From Nemertoderma westbladi (lineage: Eukaryota > Animalia > Xenacoelomorpha): a stretch of DNA of 64,000 bases. The notes beneath the pieces are model-generated. The model had not been told where the DNA came from. It was given only the letters and a program-made list of their open reading frames with translations, and did not search any database. Shown here in pieces: positions 1 to 9,762 of this stretch. A program made the position numbers and the translations under genes. How positions within the stretch are numbered: position 1 is the first letter of the stretch; each line of letters opens with the position of its first letter. The stretch lies in contig JAUCBJ010008890.1 in NCBI GenBank assembly GCA_032718475.1, forward strand, positions 136,392 through 200,391, given 5' to 3'.

Positions 1-319
1 ATAATAACAATATATCAACATCAAACAAAATCCTACACATGTATACTGTACATATACTTACTACATCCGATTGCCTTAAAACTAACTAATTATTCTCCAT
101 TCGAAACGTCTGTAACCCAACATGGCTACACTGTCATACAAAATATACAACAATATCAGCCGGTCTACTTGTGTGGTTATAATTGAGAAAAAGCACATTG
201 AAACTTAAGATATGGTGCAGATTGTAGTCATGATGTGACAAAAAGATGCATAATAATGGTTATGTGGGGCGAGCCACGCAATAAAAGGGAGCCTTAGCGC
301 ACAATTATAATTAGAAAAT

Positions 320-580
320 ATGGCAAAATTTCATGTCCGTCTTTCTGTCTGTCTCTGTCCGTCCGTCTGTAATGAAAAATTCATTCGTAAATAACTTTTG
401 AAGATTTTAACCATTTTCAACAAATTTTGTATGGGCATACTAGAGAAAAAGATCCAAGAGAAAACACGCAACATCTTTATTAATCAAAAATCACTAAAAA
501 AAAACCCACCACCAGAACAACCAATCAAATGCAGTATAAATAACAGACAGACATACAGACAATTAAAATTTGACGTGGGA
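320..580. mobile_element. Imperfect inverted repeat with (CTGT)n/(ACAG)n arms; possible non-autonomous element remnant
   Basis: gcaaaatttcatgtccgtctttctgtctgtc (~322-352) mirrored by acagacagacatacagacaattaaaatttgac (~543-574); similar motif at ~55690-55720. Confidence 0.3.
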
Positions 581-653
581 AATTTAAACTGTAAAACATA
601 TCGTCCAACCTATAGACCTACAACTACACCCAACCAACCGACCAGCCACCTGG

Positions 654-1957
654 CTACGGCTGTGAAGGTAGGCCGGCCCCATCCTCCAGTCCCAGGCCGC
701 TGCGCCACTTGGTGCGAGACCCGCACAGGCAGTGGGAGGTCCCACGGACAACCGCAAACAGCACTCGCGAGCGTACCCAACCCATGACAGACGAGTAAGG
801 CTTACCCCATGAGCGGTGCAATCTGTCCGTGATTATCCGCAGGAATTTGTTCGCCTGTGGGGTCAACACACCATCGCAGGAACCACGAAAGGCGAGAAGT
901 CTCCATGACGAGCGGTTACTGCGGCTAAATAAAGCTGTTTCTTCTCGTCTTCCACGGATTCCAACACGGACATGGATGCGCGGTTTACGTACGACCCAGT
1001 GTCAAGATTGGTTGATCGAATATCAAACAACGCCTGAGTCTGTATGTTAAACACGCCCCGCACCCCCACGTCACACCGCAGCCCAGCCACGTCTCCCCAC
1101 TCCAGCTGCTCCCGCACAACGGGCTCCAACGTGACGTTGCGTGGCCCAAACGCGAGCGCAGCGAGGTCGCCAACGGTGTCCTGCAACTCGTTGTGACGTT
1201 GGATCACGAGGCCGCCCTTCTTGCAGTTCAACCCATGGCTCAGGTCGAACGCGGCCCCGCACCCGTCACAACGGCTCGGCACTCCCAGGAGGGGTCTACC
1301 GTACCGCACTGCCAGACCGTCACGGAACTCCTGTGGAGACATGTCGTAATGGTGTTCAGTCAGTGGGAGAGTCGACGTCCAGCTGGCGGTTTTAAACTCG
1401 ACAGCTCTCTGGATAGTCTGCTGACGCCTCTCCGACATCCTCTCAAGGGCATCCTCGAACTCCCCCACCTCCACCGTTTTCCGCTCGTCCCACTCCGCCT
1501 TCCGAGCCAATGCCAGGCACTCCTTGTGGGCCGCCATATCAAACGCAGCCTCACCCACCATCGCCTTACCGAGGAACTAAGAAGGATTGGTTGGCCTCGG
1601 CAACCGGGTTATGTAAACCCAGGCTGCCTCTCTGCGGGGACAACGCGAATAGTTGGCGCTCCGACGGGGAGACACTACCACCAAGGATGGCGGGGAGGAA
1701 ACGTTGGGCAAGGGCTTCTTCCAACCCAGTAAACTCGGGGGCGCAGTCTGGCGTAACGCACTGGAGGTAGGCCCACTCACGTTGCAAGGAGCAGATCAAT
1801 GCCGAGAACGCCGCCTGTGGCTGGGCCTCGGCCATCTCCGCCATCTTATCCACAGCGTCCACCCACGCCGCCACCTTAGCACCTACGAACTGACATCTCC
1901 CACCTGCGTCGCCAAGAAAACCTCCTAGGAACCGGTGGCCAGAGACTATCTTCACAG
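654..1957 (-). mobile_element. 3' part of a CRE-clade-like non-LTR retrotransposon (RT thumb, CCHC knuckle, restriction-like endonuclease), disrupted
   Basis: Three consecutive minus ORFs: GHRFLGG..W..QPQAAFSA..SLQREWAYLQ (thumb); CDGCGAAFDLSHGLNC then RHN..EP..RCD..FD (CCHC plus PD-(D/E)xK-type nuclease); C-terminal W..YS.VMGWVR.R..FA..R...CL.GSR. GC-rich relative to flanks. Confidence 0.85.
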
Positions 1958-3346
1958 TAAACTTTATAGAAGTAAAAGTGTCTGAGTCTGTACTCCCAGA
2001 TATTCCCATTGGCGATATCTCCTTTGCAGAAGTGAAGGCTGCTGCAAAGAGCATTAAGACCAATCGTGCCAGTGGAGTAGATGGTGTTCCCCCTGAGGTC
2101 TTTAAAATACCTGAGTGTTTAAAGCTCATCTATCCCATCATAGTAGACATGTACCGAACAACAAGAGTCCCACAAGAAATGAAAACAAATAAGTTGGTGC
2201 CAGTTCCCAAGAAGGGCAACCTAACACTCTATGGTTCTTTTCGGGGAATCTAAATGATCTCGATTGCTGCAAAGCTATACAATAGGATTCTATTAAATCG
2301 CATCAGGGATCCCATTGAGAGACTGCTCCGTGGAAATCAGAATGGGTTCCGTAAAGGTCGTGGGACCATGGAGCCCATTTTGGCACTTAGAAAGATAATT
2401 GAAGAGTTATCAAAAAAGAAAGACAGGCATCTGGCTGTTATCTTTGTTGACTTCTTCAAGGCCTTTGATTCAGTCTCTCGCTCACGTATGTTCAGCATAC
2501 TTCCATTATATGGGATTCCTGATGAAATTATTGCAGCAATCAGATCAGTATACGATGGTTCGACAACATTTGTGTCTACTGTTGACGGTGACACAGAACC
2601 ATTTGAGGTGTTATGGGGCGTCCTCCAAGGAGACACACTTGCACCATTCTTGTGCATTATTGTGGTTGACTATGTTCTACGCATGTCCTTAGATCATTAT
2701 AATGATGATGGGGTGATGATAACTCCACCTACTGGCTCCAGAAGTCGAGGAAATCCTGCCAAGTACCTAACTGATCTAGACTTTGCTGATGACTTAGGAG
2801 TACTCTCAGAATCATTAGAGGGAGCCCAACGGCTCCTCAGCTCATTAGAACATGCTGCTTCTAGTGTTGGTCTTTTTAATAACTCCAGAAAGACCAAAAT
2901 TCTGACAGTTAACTTTGAAAGTCCTCAGCAAGTCTCTGATCGGATGAGCATAAGCTCAAAGGATGGTATGCTTGAGCATGTGGACGACTTCTGTTACCTG
3001 GGATCATGGATCCGGAAGTCAGGTGAGGACCTTCGAATACGTAAGGGAAAGGCATGGGCAGCCTTGAATAGGCTTTCCAGGATTTGGAAGTCACCGATAA
3101 TTAATCGGAAACTTAAGGTCCGATTATTTAGAGCAGCAGTAGTTCCAGTACTCCTCTACGGGAGTCCATGCTGGGCTCTAACTGCTGAGGACACCAAATC
3201 TCTGGATGGCACATTCACAAGAATGCTACGCCGGGTTCATTGTGTCAAGTACAATGCACACATCTCCAACCAGACACTATATAACATTGGAGGTGTCTCA
3301 TTGGTTCCCCCAAGCTTGACACTAGAACAAAATAGAACAAAACTAG
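1958..3346 (+). mobile_element. RTE/RTEX-like non-LTR retrotransposon reverse transcriptase fragment, truncated at both ends
   Basis: ORFs 1978-2253 and 2254-3540 are in one frame split by a single TAA; motifs ASGVDG, PVPKKG, QNGFR, FVDFFKAFDS, GVLQGDTLAP, LDFADD, FCYLGS, LLYGS. Confidence 0.9.
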
Positions 3347-4290
3347 AACAAGGCACAGACAGAGGGACACACAACGTGGATTGGGCGGCACGCGACACAT
3401 ACTGGGGGGCACTTGTCACATACTGGGGGGCACCCGACATATACTGGGGGGCACCCGACACATACTGGGGGCACCTGACACATACTGGGGGGCACCCGAC
3501 ACATACTGGGTGGCGTCCAGCTGGCGGGAACCCAATATAGATAGGGGAGCACCCGACACAGGTAGGGGGAAGCACGACATGGATTGGGGGGCAATCAATA
3601 CGGGCTGGGGAGCACCTGACTCAGACAGGGGGGAGCCTGGCACAGACTGGGAGACACCCGGTTCAGATATGGGGACACCCATCGCAGACTGGGGAGAGCC
3701 CGACTCGGATTCCATGAGGTAGTCGAGTTCATCCAGAGTTCAGTTTATTTGTGGTGTCTCACTTGGTGCCTGGACCCTGCCCTTTTTCGTTGTTGTAGCC
3801 TGGCTCGTCCGCGGCGAGTTGGTTAACATGTAGTCAAGTACGACGTGGCCCACAGACCCGCTGTAACCGGGAGGCATCACGATGGGAACGGATTCTGAGG
3901 CTGTGTGAAACGGGGTCGCTGTCCTATTGGGTAGCTGAAAGATGATGAAGCCAGGGTTATGAAGCCGGGGAGATGAAGCCAGGGTTATATCATGGTCTAC
4001 CAGGGTCTCGTCGCCATCTTCTCCTGTTGATGATGTGGCAGTCGGTTGGGATGCACTGCTGTTTTTGGAAGGCGATATGTCACGCGAAGTGCCGGAGACG
4101 ACTGGCTGCGAACTGACAGCTCCCAGTGCGTTACAACAACGCCCACTCGCCATCGGAGCACAGGAGGCGCATGGCAATCCCGACCTCGCACACGAACAAC
4201 GAACGCAGCGACCAGATCTAGGGTTGCAACCACAGCAAGCAGGCATCGCGACAGACGGATACTCCAAGAGGGAGAGAGAGAGAAGGATCG
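3347..4290 (-). mobile_element. Probable 5' part of the same CRE-like element (Cys-rich N-terminus plus low-complexity linker)
   Basis: MPACCGCNPRSGRCVRCSCARSGLPCASCAPMASGRCCN; ORFs 3740-4267 and 3416-3715 share one frame separated by one stop; same strand and GC content as 654-1957. Confidence 0.65.
3393..3510. repeat. 21 bp GC-rich minisatellite (gacacatactggggggcaccc), encoding GAPQYVS-like heptads on the minus strand
   Basis: About 5 near-identical units, with more degenerate 21 bp periodicity continuing to ~3710. Confidence 0.9.
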
Positions 4291-5150
4291 GACAAACTTG
4301 CTATTAAACCAGACACAGGCAGAATTGTATTAGGCAAGTTAGAACTCGTACAGTCCCGTCAGTACGTCAGTAGTCAATCTACAGAATCAGTACAATAATA
4401 ACGATAATAAGTTCCAATATTTTTGAAAGTTACGAGTAAATACCTCTCGAACTTTTGACTACAGATCAAATCGAACTTGTTTCGAACTTTCTCAAGTTCG
4501 CGTGCTGCGCGACGCCCCACAAACGTGTTATATATCGCCTATAGTAAGTAATCTATTTGGCCAACTTCCAGACTTTGATCCTTTAAGTTGCGTTACAATC
4601 ATTCCACAACACCACCGTTCCCTTATTGGTAATATTTTTCCGAATATGAGTGCGCGTTTTCGAAATACTTCTGGCAGTTTTGAAGATGTTATTGCGGAGT
4701 GTAGCACTAAACTGTGAGCCATTGTGAGCTGGCCTGGATATATCAGTTTAACTTAAATGCATCAGAACCAGTAGCAGCTGTAAATAGTTTCAACAGCACA
4801 GCTCCATGATATCTTGATAACATATCAATCCTATCATTGTTAAAATATATTGAATATGGGAACAAATTGCACTCCAAAGTCGAATCAAAATTCGAATCAA
4901 ATCGTCAAATCAAATCAATAGTCGAATCAAAATTGAGAACCATCAGTGAATGGTTTTAATTATGGCGGTTTTCCAATAGTCTGTGTGTGTGTTGGATTGA
5001 GGGGTGGGGGGGGGGGGGGGGGGGGGGGTGTTGTTGAGTGTTGGAAGCCAATATACAGTATAACTAGCTATAGTATAATGCTAACTGTAACATGATAGCT
5101 TGTAGTTTTGCTGCATGGAGGCCCCGCAGCCCGTTGGTAATGGACCAGGT

Positions 5151-6389
5151 TTATTCCTTATATCTTCTTATAAATATGTTGCGATTAACTGCCTTTCGGA
5201 AATTTCCAACAAATATATGCATGAGATAAAAGTTTAGACTGAAGACAATACCAAACATATTAGATATATGACCTGCAATATATTGGATAACTAACATTTT
5301 TTCATAAGCAGAAATTTCATCCATTGTAGATAAAGGATGTAGATTTCCTGATATATTCACAAGAATAGTTCTTATAATGTGCCAGATTATACGGGCACAA
5401 TCTTTTGCACACATTAGTGTTCCAGTAACGAGCATCATATTTACAGCGGCAGATATTCTATGATTGGCTGGTGGATTTGGGTTAGCCCTCATTAGCTTTC
5501 TTAACTTATAAATTAAGAGACCGTTTATAGCAAATACTCCTACAATTTGAATAGATTTTCTTATAGGAATGAAATAGTCCAGAAACTGATACGCCCTAAT
5601 GAAGTGGACATTATATGAACCCCAATACATATATAAAGCCCAATATTGCTTTTCGCCATTTACATATCGAATCTCACCCTTATACATAACTACATAAGGC
5701 CAGTACAGACACGCTGTGTAAATAAATATAACTACAATAATCCCATATATCATGTTATTATTCTTTAATTTTGTATCCTTATACCATACCGGGAAATAAA
5801 GGGCTGCAATACGCTCTGCGCCCATAATTAAGGTGAGTGTAGAATCTCCATATTGTACACACCCTACAAATATCGGCCAATAACACTGGCATAACCATGA
5901 AACAACGTTATAACAATGAAGTTTCCAAATTGTATTGTTGTTTACTATCAATGAATCATATTCAAAATAGAACCATTCCGAATTATGACCACATTGCAGC
6001 AGTTGGCCAAACGAGATAAGAATATCGAAAACAGACTTTAACACCAACATTCTATAAAATAGAGTACTGAATGATTTCTCCATTGCAATTGTTACAATAA
6101 TTAATATATTTCCAATCAGACCAAATAAATTATATGTTGATATATATGGCGTTAGAATAAAATGGGAAATGAAATCGCCAGCGTTGAGATAAAACTCATA
6201 TCCTTGCAATATCTCTTCATAATCAGATTGGAGAATAGTTTTATAAAACTTGTGGTACAGATTTGATTCGGTTGTGTTACTTGTGTTCCCATTAACTATT
6301 GGGTTGATACCATCGGTAGCATCAGAAACAAAGACAAAAATACAAGTAAAATACAATAACAATTGAATGAGAAAGTTTGTTACAAACAT
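5151..6389 (-). CDS. Single-exon class A (rhodopsin-like) GPCR, divergent peptide-receptor/chemoreceptor-like, 412 aa
   Basis: Signal-peptide-like N-terminus with N-glycosylation sequons; hydrophobic helices with TM1 GLIGN, TM2 Asp (SVFD), TM3 ERI..L.FP (DRY equivalent), TM7 SLNFY and helix-8 NFRKA; intact 1.2 kb ORF in AT-rich DNA. Confidence 0.85.
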   Translation of the reverse strand: MFVTNFLIQLLLYFTCIFVFVSDATDGINPIVNGNTSNTTESNLYHKFYKTILQSDYEEILQGYEFYLNAGDFISHFILTPYISTYNLFGLIGNILIIVTIAMEKSFSTLFYRMLVLKSVFDILISFGQLLQCGHNSEWFYFEYDSLIVNNNTIWKLHCYNVVSWLCQCYWPIFVGCVQYGDSTLTLIMGAERIAALYFPVWYKDTKLKNNNMIYGIIVVIFIYTACLYWPYVVMYKGEIRYVNGEKQYWALYMYWGSYNVHFIRAYQFLDYFIPIRKSIQIVGVFAINGLLIYKLRKLMRANPNPPANHRISAAVNMMLVTGTLMCAKDCARIIWHIIRTILVNISGNLHPLSTMDEISAYEKMLVIQYIAGHISNMFGIVFSLNFYLMHIFVGNFRKAVNRNIFIRRYKE

Positions 6390-6651
6390 GTTTTCGTAAG
6401 TCGAAATAACATAAGGCTAAAACCAATGAATTTGTAGATTATACTTCCACAGTTGACATTAACATAAAATTTCACATGAGACTTTCAATATGGTTCAATT
6501 TGTTATTAGGCCTACTGATTTATGTTTTTTCCCGTGCAGGTACATGTAATAAGGTACTGTACAAGTCAATAACTGTTAATTTTAAAATATGTGGGAATAT
6601 TAAAAAGCGTGATTGAATAAATTGTTGGAAGAGGGATAATTCTGAAAGAGT

Positions 6652-7027
6652 GCAATTGTATGGGGCGCCGTGGGCTTCAAAAATATTAAAATGTCGGCGA
6701 CTGGTTCAGATTCTCGGCGACTGGTTTAGATTCTCGGCGACTGGTTTAGATTTCGGCCTAGATTTCGGCCAAGATTTCGGCTTAGATTTCGGCCAAGATT
6801 TCGGCTTAGATTTCGGCCAAGATTTCGGCTTAGATTTCGGCCAAGATTTCGGCTTAGATTTCGGCCAAGATTCTAAGCCGAAATCTTGGCCGAAATCTAG
6901 GCAAAAATCTAAACCAGTCGCCGAGAATCTAAACCAGTCGCCGAGAATCTGAACCAGTCGCCGAGAATATGAACCAGTCGCCGACATTTTGATATTTTTT
7001 GAAGCCCACGGCGCCCCATACAATTGC
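6652..7027. mobile_element. Fold-back MITE-like palindrome with internal 20 bp and 12/24 bp tandem repeats
   Basis: gcaattgtatggggcgccgtgggcttcaaaaa ... tttttgaagcccacggcgccccatacaattgc; symmetry centre ~6872; gatttcggccaa/gatttcggctta units are expanded in the left arm. Confidence 0.85.
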
Positions 7028-7327
7028 CGAAAGCTAACGAAACTTATGCGAAAGTTATCGAAAAGGTTGAAGTAGGGGTGAAAGCTATCCATTAAATGAT
7101 AGTGGGCACATTTCGCACTTTCCGGGTTCGATAGTATTTATAAACAAAAAAAATACGAGCTATAATTCAAATAATTGCCATTTAATTCCAAATATCTCTT
7201 CGCTAAATATAAATTCACTGACACAGTAAAGGCTAAATGTACCTTCATTCCGTTACTGGGCCAGTAGTCAGTACAGCAGAAGCAGTTGGCTACTGCGGCC
7301 CCTACCATGCTACCATCAGACCAGCCA

Positions 7328-7578
7328 CCGTCTGACCGCGTGGCGGCGCATTACATCATTGAGAATGGCCTATAGCCTACATTTCAAACTCTTATAATAT
7401 TTTTAAAGCTATATTCGATTCCGGTACTGATAACGGCGATAGTAATAGCTGTAGGTTTCACCTCAATACTACAGCACCGTCCCACGTCACTTTATTACCA
7501 GTAGGCCTACTCAGTTTGTACTGTAATCCATTCTTCAGTCTTTAATGCAGTAATACGCAACACCGCGGTCAGACGGTA
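7328..7578. mobile_element. Small degenerate inverted-repeat element
   Basis: accgtctgaccgcg..gcgcattac (~7328-7354) versus gtaatacgc..cgcggtcagacggt (~7550-7578). Confidence 0.5.
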
Positions 7579-7789
7579 GCAGGTTAGCCCGCCGACAGGC
7601 CGATGCGGTGAGCCGGATGCGGTCATTTTTTTAGCAACACCTTCAACCCAAGGCAATAATCCATCAGTGATTTTGGAGACAGAAAATTATCCAATCAAGA
7701 TAATAACAACAATTAACGGTGATAAATGTAAAAATACTTTAAATATATTTTACAAAATCATTTATTAAAACACCGCAATACAATAATGA

Positions 7790-7960
7790 TAGGGTTGTTG
7801 GTGCGCGAGGAAATTATTAATTTGGGTTAAAAACCATTGAATAATGAAAATAACAAGGTGCCCTTGATCAATTGATGATGTGTGTTTTTTGTAAAGAGAT
7901 GTGGAAAATGTTGAACACAATTTTGAAAATCGGCTGTCTTTGGCTATTGAAGAAATTACA
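7790..7960 (+). mobile_element. Dispersed repeat copy (family shared with 56617-56930 and 57775-57947), interrupted by the BEL element and resuming at ~18782-18845
   Basis: gttggtgcgcga..aacaaggtgc..gtgttttttgtaaa..caattttgaaaatcggctgt matches ~56620-56780; 18790-18830 matches ~56885-56920. Confidence 0.7.
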
Positions 7961-8643
7961 TGTGACGGGATCCTAAGATCCCGACCGGGTTAGATTTGTA
8001 CGCGTCACCGTTCTGCTGGGCAGTTATGCACTGAGTCGCTTTGGCCGAAGGCCGTCGGGGAAAATAATAGAGTTTCTGTTTCTCGATGTTGATACTCAGA
8101 GCGATAATAGCACAATCGGTAAATCGGTAGATCAGTAATGATCACGACATATAATGAGCAGCAGAATACACAGATATTAAATTGCTGATGTTGGTGGCGG
8201 TGACGGTCATAAACTATGACTGGTCTGCAACTGAGTAACTAATGAACTGACCGGTAAATCAGTAATGCAGAATAATATATGATTAACACACTCGGATATT
8301 GATTTCACCTCTTGCTGTACTTGGCCCTCTGTACCCAGTGGATGCTTTCCTATCTCTAACCACGTGCTTCCCTCCCCGCTATTGGCTAATACATTAATTG
8401 TCACTTTGGCACTCCCTGTGAGTGTTTCCCCCCGCTGCACTGGTAGCCTCTACTAGCTGTATCTCCCTCCGAGGTGGTTTGACCCTCCCTCTCTGTGGCT
8501 TTAGGGCTTGTGTCGCCCCCCCCCCCCCAATGTTGGTTATGAGACGAGATTAATATTGGTAATTTCGTATCCCCAACTTATTGGTGAAATGCCACTGGTC
8601 CCATTTTCTGGTGGGTAATGAAGTAGAATTGAACCCACTTACA
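7961..8643 (-). repeat. 3' LTR of the BEL/Pao element
   Basis: tgtgacgggatcc...cccacttaca; direct repeat of 18101-18776. Confidence 0.95.
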
Positions 8644-8652
8644 CTCCCCCCC
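8644..8652 (-). promoter_or_regulatory. Polypurine tract of the BEL element
   Basis: Minus strand GGGGGGGAG directly abuts the 3' LTR. Confidence 0.85.
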
Positions 8653-9762
8653 ATGCTATCTTCCCGGTGAGAAGATAGCATCAACCTTAAGTGCGCTTCA
8701 ATTCCGCTGGAACCCAATCTAATATCGGGTGTGGGGTGGAGTTCTTTTCTCGGGGTCGGCTTCCCTGACCGCCCCCCCTGGGTATGTTATTACTACCCCT
8801 CCTTGGTGCAATTGCGAGCTATGCTGCACCAAGGTATCTGGCGTCTCTGTTCGAGACAATTGTGCTCTCTCTTCACACAATTTTCTACGTCCTCGCTCTA
8901 ATCTCACTCTCGGAAATCTCTGTCACTTACTCTCTCTCTCACAGACCTCATTGTCCCTTTGTCTCTCTCTTACTGCTCATTGCCCACACTTGAATTGCAC
9001 TCCTCTCACTCCCTCACGTGTCAACACATCCTCTCCGTACTTCCCCCAATTCCCCATTTTCGTTTTCATTCTCAATATACTTGATTACGTCCCACGCATG
9101 TGCGCATCATGTTAGTGGGGTCCGTCTAAGTCTCGTCCTGCCATTCTAGTCAATTAGTCCCCTAACTTTATTTTATTATTTTTTTTTGTTCCCCCCTGTC
9201 TGTGCTATTATCGTATCTACCTTCCTACTTACTTACGTGGCGCCCTCAGTGCCCACAACTTCTAACTCTTATGGTACTACGTATCCTACTACTACTCCTA
9301 TGGTATACCTATATACCATACCCCCTACTCTCTTACTATGTGGTGCTCTCGCTGCCCACAACTTCTGACTCCCACGGTACTATGTACCCCGACTACTACT
9401 CTCATGGTATGTCTATATACCACACTCCATACTTCTCTAACTTCTAACTCTCCTCTTACTCTTACTAACTTCTAACTAGCTTTCTAACTTCGTTACTTCT
9501 GTACTAACTGCTTACTAACTCTCGTAACTAACTTTCTAACTTCTTACTTCTTACTAACTCTTACTAACTTCTAACTAACTTTCTAATTTTCTTACTTCCT
9601 TACTAACTGCTTACGTAACTTCTACACTAACTTTCTAACTTTCAAATATCTCGCTTCTTATTTTTATTATTTGCTTATTATTTTTTTTTATATTTTTATG
9701 TGGGAAGGGCGTCTCACCCTCATTCCCACCCCCCTTAGTCCAACATATTGGACGACTAAACT

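Noticed and set aside
829-1928. Plus-strand ORFs over the CRE element (and antisense ORFs over BEL pol and the 1160 aa ORF)
   Set aside because: Shadow ORFs of GC-rich or repetitive coding sequence on the other strand
3346-3722. Novel YWGAPDT-repeat C-terminal domain on the RTE reverse transcriptase
   Set aside because: Read-through into the antisense strand of the CRE-associated 21 bp minisatellite after the RTE truncation point
4380-4935. tcgaa-rich clusters as transposon ends around a coding remnant
   Set aside because: Could not define TIRs or a TSD, and no transposase motif was found in the enclosed short ORFs
5005-5028. Long poly-G/C tracts (also ~15008, 21377, 23266, 23737, 56845, 56936) as a dedicated G-quadruplex system
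   Set aside because: Most lie in TEs or duplicated flanks, homopolymer lengths are unreliable, and no common context is evident
6650-7092. ORFs with DFGQDFGL / KPKSWPKS repeats
   Set aside because: By-products of a palindromic 12/24 bp repeat; the same peptide appears on both strands
8719-9447. Possible env or extra ORF in the BEL 3' region
   Set aside because: Only short, mostly antisense low-complexity ORFs; no signal peptide, fusion or TM pattern on the element strand
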